DNA of 64,000 nucleotides, from contig NC_068986.1 in NCBI RefSeq assembly GCF_001194135.2, forward strand, positions 109,533,255-109,597,254. Reading direction: 5' to 3'. Below, piece after piece: positions 24,134-36,068 of the stretch; within the stretch, counting starts at the first letter, position 1, and the number at the start of each line of letters is the position of its first letter. Position numbers and translations under genes: made by a program. Source of the DNA: Octopus bimaculoides. Taxonomy: Eukaryota. The notes beneath the pieces are model-generated. The model was not told the DNA's origin, made no database searches, and saw only the letters and a list, made by a program, of their open reading frames with translations.

Positions 24134-24336
24134 TACTGTTCTTATTCTAACTCATATCCATTGTCCAGAAATCTTTTGTCACACGTTTGTGACCTCCTCA
24201 GATGACATCATAGTAGAACAGAATGGAATAAGCAGAGCAAGAGCACACACAAAGACGGAAAGTGTCACTGAGGAAGTCACAGATGTGTGATGAAAGATTT
24301 CCAGACAATGGATATGAGTTAGAATAACAACAGTTA
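24134..24336. repeat. Inverted repeat, about 68-bp arms
   Basis: ctgttcttattctaactcatatccattgtccagaaatc...cctcctcag versus ctgaggaagtcac...gacaatggatatgagttagaataacaacag; mismatches are mostly transitions. Confidence 0.85.
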
Positions 24337-24406
24337 AAAAGAAATGAATGAATATACAGTGCATGTGTTATTTTGTACCCCCCCCCCCCAATGACCATCC
24401 TGAAAT

Positions 24407-24446
<40 letters not shown>

Positions 24447-24829
24447 AAATATGGGGGTTTAGTTCACAGGTGATCTAAATGACTAGGTATGCTAGGTAAG
24501 TGCTGTAACGGATTACAAGGGCTCCAAGGTTATAACTGAAACAGCAGTTATGGCGCCATTGCAGATTTCCGAGATCACAGATATATAAATGTTAAAGAGG
24601 ACAACAAATGCTGAGGCAAGGCAAACATCTCAAGCCATGTACATTATCATAATTGGAAAAAATTCAAAGTCCTACAGCTGTTTCTGGGATATCCCAGAAA
24701 CAGCTGTAGGACTTATGTCCCAGAAACAGCTGTAAGACTTGAGATGTTTGCCTTACCTCAGTATTTGTTGTCCTCTTTTAACAATTTTATATATATATTA
24801 TATATATATATTATATATTATATACATAT

Positions 24830-25203
24830 ATGCTCCGTTGGATGTGTAATGTCAATGTGAATACCCGTCAGAGTGTAAGTATCTTGAGAGAAAAGCTGAA
24901 CATTAGAAGCATCAGTTGTGCCGTGCAAGAGAGACGATTGCGCTGGTATGGACATGTGGTGAGAATGGAGGAGGATAGCTGCGTGAAAAAGTGCCACACC
25001 CTAACAGTTGAGGGAACCCGTGGAAGAGGTAGGCCCAGGAAGACCTGGGCTGAGGTGGTGAGGCAAGACCTTCGTACATTGGGCCTCACCGAGGCGATGA
25101 CTACGGACCGAGACCTCTGGAAATGTGCTGTGCGTGAGAAGACCCGGCAAGCCAAGTAAGATCGTTGCCAGTGCCCCTGGACTGGTTCTTGTGCGGGTGG
25201 CAC
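24830..25203 (+). mobile_element. 5'-truncated RTE-clade LINE 3' end, running into a gap
   Basis: ORF MLRWMC...ERRLRWYGHVVRMEEDSCVKK...GRGRPRKTWAEVVRQDL... is the typical RTE post-RT C-terminus. The 3' UTR begins with a family C-like gtgcgggtggcac. Confidence 0.85.
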
Positions 25204-25643
25204 NNNNNNNNNNNNNNNNNNNNNNNNNNNNNNNNNNNNNNNNNNNNNNNNNNNNNNNNNNNNNNNNNNNNNNNNNNNNNNNNNNNNNNNNNNNNNNNNN
25301 NNNNNNNNNNNNNNNNNNNNNNNNNNNNNNNNNNNNNNNNNNNNNNNNNNNNNNNNNNNNNNNNNNNNNNNNNNNNNNNNNNNNNNNNNNNNNNNNNNNN
25401 NNNNNNNNNNNNNNNNNNNNNNNNNNNNNNNNNNNNNNNNNNNNNNNNNNNNNNNNNNNNNNNNNNNNNNNNNNNNNNNNNNNNNNNNNNNNNNNNNNNN
25501 NNNNNNNNNNNNNNNNNNNNNNNNNNNNNNNNNNNNNNNNNNNNNNNNNNNNNNNNNNNNNNNNNNNNNNNNNNNNNNNNNNNNNNNNNNNNNNNNNNNN
25601 NNNNNNNNNNNNNNNNNNNNNNNNNNNNNNNNNNNNNNNNNNN

Positions 25644-25677
<34 letters not shown>

Positions 25678-25846
25678 CACACACACACACACACAGTGCT
25701 AAGGAATTTGGTGAGTAGTTATATCTGTGTTATACAATTGGCTTTGTGCAGTTATGGCTGTGTGTAACTGTGGGAGTTGTATATAATTGTGTGTATGTTT
25801 AACAGAGAAGAATGTGAACTAATTGTTAAGGAATAAATAAACTTAC

Positions 25847-25870
25847 AATCCTTGAGAAACCTGGATCAGA
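25847..25870 (-). CDS. PLEKHG1: Predicted 24-nt microexon B (SDPGFSRI)
   Basis: atatttttctttcag|TCTGATCCAGGTTTCTCAAGGATT|gtaagt, phase 0-0. Shares SDPGF-x-R with microexon A, and the differences in the first five codons are synonymous. Confidence 0.68.
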
Positions 25871-26320
25871 CTGAAAGAAAAATATTAAATGCCATACAAC
25901 AATTTATTTTGCCCTTTATTCAACCAAACGTATCAATTCTGTTTAGAAATTTACAGAAAATATTTGTAATACATTTACAGACATTTGTAAGTAAAAGGTT
26001 CCATGCTAACATAGGTTATCTTGTTTGAGTATGAATGATAAAACAACAGTTGATTGAGATGATAGCATTGGTGATTGTTGTTCAAGACAGACATCTTTTG
26101 AAGGTGGTACATGCATCTTCACCGCCTTTGTATAATGTCTTTAACTGGAGACATGCTGAAGAAGAGTTCGATTAGAGAGAGAGAGAGAGAGAGGGAGAGA
26201 GGGAGAAAGGTGATGAGACATTGAGTAACAGAGAGTATGTATGTGTATGAGCCGACAAACATATTTGAAGAGAAGGATTAGTGTTCAGAAAGTAGACAAA
26301 GAAAAAAACATCTGTGGGAC

Positions 26321-26362
<42 letters not shown>

Positions 26363-26425
26363 TGGAGAGAGAGAGAGATGGAGAGAGAGAGAGATGGAGA
26401 GACTGACAGATGGTCACAAATTCTA

Positions 26426-26596
26426 TTAACAGAAAGATCTTGGACTAGTGAGAAGGCAAAGAGTTGATGCAAAGGTCAAGCTAGAGGTTAGTAAGAGAGT
26501 TGGTTGAAAGAACTCATTATTGTCATTTCTTGCCTTGTCATCCTCAGATTCAGTGCCTTCCGTATCATTCCATTGTTTGTTGTCACTAGGAAATAT
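26426..26596 (-). CDS. PLEKHG1: Predicted exon IFPSD...: an internal 63-nt exon ending at a GC donor (26534) or an alternative terminal exon ending at TAA 26426-26428
   Basis: Very strong acceptor gttttgttttcttcctccccgtctcctgtag. Phase 0 reads IFPSDNKQWNDTEGTESEDDK|ARNDNNEFFQPTLLLTSSLTFASTLCLLTSPRSFC*. No good GT donor; AAG|gcaaga is a possible GC donor. Confidence 0.5.
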   Translation of the reverse strand: MFPSDNKQWNDTEGTESEDDKARNDNNEFFQPTLLLTSSLTFASTLCLLTSPRSFC

Positions 26597-27329
26597 CTAC
26601 AGGAGACGGGGAGGAAGAAAACAAAACACATAAAAAAAATAGAGAAACAAATGATGTCATTACTGAATGGAATTTGACCTCTGCTAATATGCAACACTGA
26701 AGTAGCCACATACTACAATCTAGAACCACATGGTCATAACACACACACACACACACACACACATTTAATTATAAACAAAAACCAAGTAACAGATTTTAGT
26801 TTCAATATTTGGATCTCCAAATTCCGCCGAGGTCGACTTTGCCTTTCATCTTTTCAGGGTCGATAAATTAAGTACCGGTTGTGTACTGGGGTCGATCTAA
26901 TCGACTGGCCACCCACCTCCCAAAAAATTTCAGGCCTTGTGCCTAGAGTAGAAAAGAATATTTGGATCTCCTTGGGAATATTTGCTTCTGTGTGTGTGTG
27001 TGGTGAGTGTACACACATACATGCACATGTGCACACACACACACACACACACACAAAATATCCCCCAAAATATATACACAGTTTTGCAGACTGTCACTCC
27101 AAAAGTATTTCCTTTCGTTCAGTTGAAAGTAGCTTACAAATAATTATTTCTGATTTAGGCAGAAGGCAAATAATTTCAGTGGGAGGGAGTTCAGTGATTA
27201 AATCAACCTCAGTATTTGATGGCTACTTCTTTTTATCAACCCTGCAGGGAGGAAGGTCAAAGTCTACCACAGCAGGATTTGAACTCAGAATGTAAAAAGC
27301 CACAAGAATTATTGCAAGGCAGTTTTTCC

Positions 27330-27995
27330 AACAATCTAATGATTCTGGCTAAAATGAGATCAAATTTAGAAAATTTATTTCAAAATGCTGCTGGGAAAGT
27401 AAAATGGTAGTTGAAGTGGAAAGACATTTTAGAAAGGAATTTCCCACTAATTTACCAGTTCCAGCAACTATTACTTGTTTTAGAGGTATGTTTGAAGAAT
27501 CAGGAAATGTCCGAGACATCTACAAACACTATTCCAGAAGATTTGGGATATTTACAAGACCCTTGAGAATAAAGACTGTTGGAAATTTACCATCAATATC
27601 AAGATGGACAATTCCTTTTTGATAGTTCAGTGACTGGTACCCTTTATTTCTATTTGCTAGAAGAATCTATCTGTCATGTCACACATTCAAGAGGCATTTA
27701 TGGATGAAAAGCTATTTTATTTCCAGCCAGATGGAGCAATTTTCCATTACTATTGTAATTGGAAAGCTTATCTTGAGGAAAATATGTCAAACAGATGGAT
27801 TAAGCAAAGAGATAGCATTGAGTATTTGCCTGTTCATCAGACTTCAGGCCAGTGGATAGTTTTTGATAGAGAAACTGAAGAGATAAGATTTATCAAGTAA
27901 AATTGGCAACAATCAATAACATGAAAGTGACCATTTGAAGGACTGCACCCGAACACCAACTGAAATTTGCAGTTCCATTGGTCTGTGTAGTCAGT
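27330..27995 (+). pseudogene. Decayed IS630-Tc1-mariner transposase remnant
   Basis: Fragments VVEVERHFRKEFPT...FEESGNV (HTH region) and FYFQPDGA.FHY...YLEENMSNRWI (QQDGAPxH catalytic region). Frameshifted and internally deleted. Confidence 0.65.
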
Positions 27996-28251
27996 GTCAC
28001 TTTGAACACTTGCTATAACTCAAAATGCTGGTATATCTATTTTCTTTTCTCAATTTGAAAAATAAATAAATATATATATANNNNNNNNNNNNNNNNNNNN
28101 NNNNNNNNNNNNNNNNNNNNNNNNNNNNNNNNNNNNNNNNNNNNNNNNNNNNNNNNNNNNNNNNNNNNNNNNNNNNNNNNNNNNNNNNNNNNNNNNNNNN
28201 NNNNNNNNNNNNNNNNNNNNNNNNNNNNNNNNNNNNNNNNNNNNNNNNNNN

Positions 28252-28415
28252 TAGGCACAGGGGTGGCTGTGTGGTAAGTAGCTTGCTTACCAACCACATG
28301 GTTCCGGGTTCAGTCCCACTGCATGGCACCTTGGGTAAGTGTCTTCTACTATAGCCTCAGGCCGACCAAAGCCTTGTGAGTGGATTTGGTAAACGGAAAC
28401 GTAAAGAGTAAAGAG
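28252..28415 (+). mobile_element. SINE family A, 5' part
   Basis: gtggctgtgtggtaagtagcttgcttaccaaccacatggttccgggttcagtcccactg tRNA-like head. Confidence 0.8.
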
Positions 28416-30076
28416 TATATATATATGTATACCTCACTAGATCAAGTACTCTTAAGTTGATCCGAAACAACAGACAGACAGTAATCTCTCTCTTCGTCTC
28501 CACATGTTTTAACACACAATTTTTTTAAACAGCAATGAATTACAAAACTTTTATGTAATTATAATTTCAGGTGTTCTTACACTGAAAAGGAGCATGAATT
28601 ACAACCATGAATTACAATTTGCTGCAGTCTTAGTTTGAAGACAACATGAAGCCATTCCTAACTAAAGCTAGTCTAGTTGATGGATATCACAGTTTGTTAT
28701 ATACAACTGACAAAAGACCTGCATTTCAAAGCAAATGTCAACAGTTTTAACTCCTCAATAGTCAACTCTACCAAGCTATTAAAATAATAATATTATTTCA
28801 TTCATATATCAATGAGAAATTCAACAAACCATTTCTACACAAATACCTTGTGGTATTTAATCTGCCTGCATTGTCAATTTCATCATTAGAAATGTACTGA
28901 ACCAGTGATGATTAGCCTGATGGACATATACAACCAACAACGGCATCGTCCACAAAATGCACAATGAAGGGCTCCACCAATTTTACTTACTTCAAATTTA
29001 CTCATGCAGATGAAGCCTTAAAATGGTGTCCCTACAATCCCCTTTTATGCTATAAATATATATATATCATACATGGTAGCAAAGGGACATGCATACAGTC
29101 ATACAAATACAGATATCAGGCATATACACAGGGTAAAGCACACATAACTGTCATATTCAAAGAAATTAAGAATCATTCAATGACTTTCATATGGAAGCAG
29201 CAATAACAAAATATTGTCAGACAATAACCAAGTTTATAAAGGATGACACACACAGGTTTCTCACAGCAAACAAGATGGTTGGATTAATGATATCTATATA
29301 CGATGAGACTTATTTTCTGTCGGTGAATATAAACCGATAAAAAGAAAAGCATGAGAAATATCACAGCCAATTAACAATGCGAGTTTACATCACGACTAAT
29401 GTTGAACAAGGCTAATAAATTGAAATATTTAAATATTAAAAATAGTTGCCAAGACATAACAAGACATGTTAAGAGAAAGGAAGAATGGTCAGAGATGCAG
29501 CAGAAGATGAAATGGTTACTGAAGTATGAGGAATTTAGAATTCTATAAGCTGTAGTTGTCAGTGTAAGCAATAATATTAACAACCAGAAAGATTAAAGGC
29601 ATACATTTAAGGCTTGTTTCCAATCAGTTCAAACTCTGTGTTTATGCTTTTGTTTCCTTGTATGACATCTATATATGTATATACGAGGGTTTAGAAATTT
29701 CTGATTTGGGACCCAAGTACCAGAGGTGGGTGGGTGGTTTGGACTCTGAACCATAATGAAGGCAATTAACCCAGGAGATGGAGAACAGAAAAGCTTGAAG
29801 TTGTTTAATGAGTTTGTGGCAAGCTATCAGCGTTTCCAGAAAGTGTGGAAAGCCTTTACCACTGAAAAACAATTTGTGTGGGTTTCCTGACAGTTTGATT
29901 GTAGGACCATTATACATTTGAGATTCCAGAGAATCCACTACATAAATTATAGCAACACAATTTTGTGTAATAAGTAGCCTTTTGCTACTTCATCTCAGCA
30001 CATTGGGAGGGAAATATGAATGAACCCTGATGAGTTAAGTAACAATGAAACTGTCTAGTCTTCATCTAGGATCAAC

Positions 30077-30231
30077 TGGCTGTGTGGTAAGTAGCTTGTT
30101 TACCAACCACATGGTTCCGGGTTCAGTTCCACTGCATGGCATCTTGGGCAAGTGTCTTCTTCTATAGCCTCGGGCCAACCAAAGCCTTGTGAGTGGATTT
30201 GGTAGACGGAAACTGAAAGAAGCCAGTCCTA

Positions 30232-30278
<47 letters not shown>

Positions 30279-30497
30279 GTGTGTATATGTTTGTGTGTCT
30301 GTGTTTGTCCCCCGAACATCACTTGACAACCAATGCTGGTGTGTTTATGTCCCCGTAACTTAGCGGTTCGGCTAAAGAGACCGACAGAATAAGTACTAGG
30401 CTTACAAAGAATAAGTCCTGGGGTCGATTAGCTTGACTAAAAGGTGGTGCTCCAGCATGGCCACAGTCAAATGACTAAAACAAGTAGAGTAACAAAA
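30077..30497 (+). mobile_element. SINE family A, full length with internal (AT)n/(GT)n
   Basis: Head, central microsatellite and 3' aaagag tail are all present. Confidence 0.85.
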
Positions 30498-33400
30498 GAA
30501 CCCCGCTGGGCTTGATTTCATAGCATGACTCAATTCATATGGATATGGTTGTATATATTTATGTACTCATTATATATCCAGTGAACAGGTGAAGTAGTGA
30601 AACAGTGGATTCATGGAAAATTGAGTCTGTGACTCAGTTATATTGTAAATTCCTTTTTAGAACCTTAATTTCTGGTTCCTGGATTTTAACGAAGAGGAAA
30701 ATGTGTTGTTTTATGTTTGTAAGATTGAATAAGAACTGCAGGGATCATAGAGGAAGATAAGAAAGAGTTGAGGAAGGTCATTGCCAGATGTATGAGCAGT
30801 GTAGAGGTTTTGCCTGTATAGAAGAGAGGAAAATGAATAAAGTTGGCAAGGATGAGGTTTGAACCCTCAACTCCAGGTGGAGAAAAAGAAAGTTCTTCAG
30901 CAGTGTGCAAAAATTAAAAATTTTTATTCTTCATAATTTTCTTGCTAAGATTTTAAACAATTGTCATTCTTTATTGAGTTAAATTTCAAAATGAAATTAA
31001 AATCAATTTTTATCATAGTTCACATGTCACATAAAACGCTTTTCCACAAATAATATTGCTTGGAAGTCAAACTAAGTTTTATTGGGTTGTTTCACTGGGA
31101 ATTTTGGTTATTTTGTCTCTGTATATCTGGATGTTGTCAAAGGAATTCCTTCCTATACAGCTTGTTTTATCACACAGTATGTATGGACGCATGTTTGCAC
31201 ACACACAAACACACACACATACATGTATATATATATATGTAGAAGGCATAGTTTAATTGTATCAAACATGTAGTATATCCACAACTCAGTGAGCAGTTAC
31301 AATGAATGAGGTTTATTTTAATACAGGAGAAACAAGTCATAAAAACTGATATAGCATCAGTTGCGTGCCAACAGTTTCTGGGAATATCTACAAGTGATTG
31401 GATATCAGGGTTTTCTTTTTTATAATATTTGATACAAGTCTGTCAAAGTATAAATTTAGAATGTCCTGCTTTCAATAGATAAGCTAATATAAGCGAATAG
31501 CAACAAAACTCTCTGTATGCAAGTCTTTATAACACTAAAATATTTCTAGCATCCAGACATAATATATTGCTCACGTCTGTAATGAACAATTTCTCAATAG
31601 AGCCATTATCATTCCTATAAGATAATAAAAATGTTAGAAGCAATACAATACTTACACAGCCATTTTTTAAATCTTAAATTCTCAGTAGAATTTAATGGTT
31701 TTAAAGAAACTTTTATCCATTTAAGAAAAAAAATATTTTCAACATGCTATATGACAAATGCAATTATACAAAGTCATAGATACATTACAATGCATGCTAT
31801 AAGAGTGCATTCAATGCATGCTATGAAAAATGCACATGTATACACACACACACATCATCATCATCATTTTCATTTGCCATGCAGGTATGTGTTGATAAAT
31901 CTCTAGGTCCCACACCATTTTGCCGTCTTTCAGTTCCTCATCCTCTGACAAACATAGCAACACAAAGTTACCAATCTTTGGTTTTGTACAAATCATGTTT
32001 GTCTTTTTTTTTTCTTATGGCTAGTTGCCTTCTTCCCTCACTAATCCTTTCACATGACTTAGGGGCATTTAACCAAGCCCCTTTCCCCACAGAGATAGAA
32101 CTGAAACAGATAAAAGACTCCCCTCAATCAGTTTATATTCAAGGTTACTGCTCTCATAGACAAGCTTTGTGTGATGCAGCTTACAAGAATTCACATCTCT
32201 CTTCATTCTTTTACGTGATCATGTAAATGCATGTACCTGCACACACACACACACACACACACAAATATCTTACTACTTAGCACAAAACAGAAACAAACCC
32301 CAATATAAACAAAACCATAATCCCACACATAAATACTCACCAAAACACAATTTGTATCATAAACCCCTGCCCCAATATTACATTGCTAGCAATGCATAGA
32401 AGTATATAGAAGTATTATAACCATACAACGGTGCTTTCTGATGTAAGTAATGCCCTTTAAAGGAAGGGAGTGACAAAGCTAAGAAAGATGCTCACAGCCT
32501 TTCGATGATGTTTCGTGTTAATGAAGTGAAACAGAAATGAAACAGAATCTATTTACATATTTGGTTTACCACCACACATCACATATACGAGATCACTTAC
32601 TGTCATATTACTAAAAAACAAAAACAAATACACACACACTACACATATGCACTCATATGTAAAAATATATAAAAGGTATATATTTATTTGAATAAAGTGA
32701 AGCTGAGGCTTCACTTTATTAACTCAAAGTTTTATCCTTTTCACTCTTCACACACACAGATACATGAAGAGAGAGAGACAGAGAGACAGAGAGATACAAG
32801 GTGCACAACTGAAATACTGCAAATTTTTAGGAAGGTGCAAGATTGATTTGCTCAGAGTCTTATGGAAAAGTGCTCTATTCTTCTATGTGGTAGGATCCAT
32901 AAGTGGAATGTAGATTTTCAATCATTCCATTTATACTCTGATCCCCATTCCTTGTGAGTATGCCTGGCATTTTGCCACCATCTCCATCCTGCGGTCCCCC
33001 CCTCTCTCACCTTCTCCTGCACTTCCCTCAGGTTGGGCAACTGTGTATTTTCTTTGTGGTAGCACACCTGTCCCTGTCTTCATTCCTGATCTTTCTCTCT
33101 CCGGCCAGGTAACCTTGTACTTCCTCTACAGCAAGACACCTGTATCTGTCTCACTATTGTCTTTTCATCATCACCTCCTCCAATGCCTCCTCCCCTCTTA
33201 AAGCTTTTTGTCTTGCAAGTACTTGGTGACCCTGTCAGTGTAGGTCACATTTAAAAGCACCCAGTCCACGCTGTAAAGTGGATGGTGTTCAGAAGGGCAT
33301 CCAGCTGTAGCCAAAACTGACCCTGCCTGTACTTCTGCCATGTAAAAAGCACTAAGTCCACTCTGCTGAGTGGTTGATGTTATGAAGGGCATCCAGCTGT

Positions 33401-33504
33401 AAAAATCCTGCCAAAACAGTTACAGAAGTCTGGTGCAGGCTTTGGCCTCTCCAGCTTTTGTGGTACCGTCCCACCCATGGAACATGGACATTAAATGATG
33501 ATGA

Positions 33505-33560
<56 letters not shown>

Positions 33561-33858
33561 CCAATAAGTTACAGTTTAAACTCCACATTAACAGTGAACA
33601 GCATTGACACTCTCTGTCTCTTTCCCCACTCTTTGAATATATTCATTAGCTATAAAGAAGCCACCACATGACCACATAACCACCTAGAAATATCAGCTAA
33701 ACACCCCTACAGTCTAAAAGATGAGGAAGCACAAACTGGGATAATATAAGCTGAAATAAACAGGAATGGCTTTGATCATAGGCCTGCTTGATCAGGATTG
33801 GCCTAGGGTTAAACAACAACAACAATGACAATACTCCCATTGCAAATATGAATGTTAA

Positions 33859-34066
33859 CCCTTCTGTTACCATATTTCTAATGAAATACACCTTCTTGGT
33901 TTCAATTAATTTTGAAAATAATGAAGGATGTAGCAAAATAAGTTTGTCGGTGTTTAGAATACGAATTAACAAGAAATTTGGATTGAAGGTTTTTAGATCC
34001 ATTTAAAAGAACAAAGTCTGTATCACAGAACCAGGGTTGGTCTCAGGTAGACTGGTACCAAAAGGG
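33859..34066. mobile_element. piggyBac-type MITE
   Basis: TTAA on both sides (33855-33858, 34067-34070). 14-bp TIR cccttctgttacca / tggtaccaaaaggg. Related partial copies near 13630-13765 and 36600-36790. Confidence 0.7.
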
Positions 34067-34520
34067 TTAAGAAATGATAAAACAAATACAAAAGTACATC
34101 TATGCATCTACTGATGTATTAGAAGCTTAATCCATGATTAAAGTATCAAACTAATAAAACCAGCATTGTGCATCTACTTGAAACACGCAACTATATTAAT
34201 CTCCTTCTGGCTTCCAGATTGAATGTGTTTTTAGCATTAAGAAGAGAATCCACTCACACACAGACAGAATCCAGCTACACACACATGCATGCACACACAC
34301 ACACACACATACATACGGTCACATACACCCAACACTCATACAATTCAATGATTTAGATGTGAATATTCATATTTATAAAAGCATCTAACCCATGCTAGAA
34401 AATAAAGGAAGTGAAACATAAAAGTATAGAGTGTCTTAGAAGGAAGAACTTGAAGCTGTTTTCAGAACTATTGGAAATGGTGATGATGATGATGATGACA
34501 AGGTGCTGGATGTTACTTAC

Positions 34521-34544
34521 TAAACGGAGAAAACCAGGATCCGA
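34521..34544 (-). CDS. PLEKHG1: Predicted 24-nt microexon A (SDPGFLRL)
   Basis: tttttcaatttttcag|TCGGATCCTGGTTTTCTCCGTTTA|gtaagt, phase 0-0. Paralogous to 25847-25870. Confidence 0.68.
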
Positions 34545-34799
34545 CTGAAAAATTGAAAAAGTGTTTGGATATATAACAAAAGTAAATAAATCTGTTGAGC
34601 ATCATTGCTAAAAAGTTCAGCTCTGGTGAGATATTGATGACATCAAAGGCAAAGAAGATAGAGGGACAGAGTGTTTCAAAAATGGTAAACAAAAATTAGA
34701 ACCAGAGGCCACAGAGATGTCTGAATAATGTGAAGAAATAACTATGAAAATGTAACATATAATATATAAATATACATACACGCATACACAACATGTAGA

Positions 34800-34885
<86 letters not shown>

Positions 34886-35815
34886 AATAGATGTTTTCGG
34901 TGTGAATGGTTTTGTTATATGGTGCCATATTTTAAAATCCTGTAAATAATAATAAAGGTATTTTTATATAAGCTTAAAGCTTATGGCGATCACTGCGCAA
35001 TGATTAAGGAAAATAGTCTACTAACAAGGCATATAAGCCCTCGACATAAAAAAGAAGGCTTTCCTATCCATATGGGACGTGAACCCACATCCCTTTGTTA
35101 AGGTGACTGTGTTACCTTTACACCAGTGAATTGGCCTCCCTCTTTCTGTCAAATTTAAGAACTATGAGTTCAAACTATATTTGAAACTAACTTTATTTCT
35201 TCTTAAGGAAACAGTAAAATTTTGCATGTGTAATATAATGAATTATAAAACTGATTGGCTGACATTATCCACACAATCAGAAAACAAAAACTCCCTTTAA
35301 GGATGTCTGAAGTCTATGTTGTTTTTATCCATGCAATTAGTGAACTACTACTACTTTGGAATGAGTGTAAATCTAAAAACGAACTAGATATTTTTTTAGA
35401 TTTTAATCTCCACCCTCACAAAGAGGAAGTTTTTGTTTAATAATTGTTTGAATAATCTCAGCTAATTAAGGTTTTCCAACTCTCATTATATTTACTTATC
35501 TGAGATTATACTACATCCCACAGTGATATTAAAATTGTTTATTACTTGTTCTTATAACTCCTTGTTTAAATTATGTTGATACTAATTTAACTTAATTATG
35601 TTAATACTAAATTACTGCAATACTAATTTAATTATGCTATTACTTGTTTAGTCATTGCTTTTTGAGTTCAAAACTGGAATAAACTGGTTTGTCATAAGAA
35701 AGAGGAGGAAAATAATAAAAAAAAAAAACAAGCATTCTGGGCCAAAACCTTCATCAAACTGCAAGGTTTTCTGATTGTAAAGCATGAGAAACTAACCTGA
35801 AACTAAACGATGACC

Positions 35816-36068
35816 CAGGGGCTCTCAACCATTTTTTACCTATAGACCCCTTTGATTCTTATTTTACGTGGGTGGTCCCTCATAGCCATTCAATGTTTGA
35901 AAGACCCTGTTATATTTTTATAATTAAATATTATCAGGAACTGCATAAAAATTGTGGAAATATTTTGTGTATTGTAGAATGTATAAGCATTTTATTGAAT
36001 GTAATTTTGAACAGCAAAATCTTATATGGACCCTCAAGGGTCATATAAACCCTGATTGAGAACCACTG
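35816..36068. mobile_element. hAT-like MITE
   Basis: TIRs caggggctctcaacc / gattgagaaccactg (CAGxGGTTCTCAA type). No 8-bp TSD is recognisable. Confidence 0.6.

Noticed and set aside
23596-25767. Long ORF-track entries containing X and IYIY runs
   Set aside because: Artefacts of N gaps and (AT)n microsatellites.
28991-29411. Several 23-29-nt AG..GT segments that could shift phase 1 to 0 (GFICMSKFE, DIINPTILFA, ALFNISRD)
   Set aside because: Weak acceptors or donors and no paralogy or motif support; indistinguishable from background.
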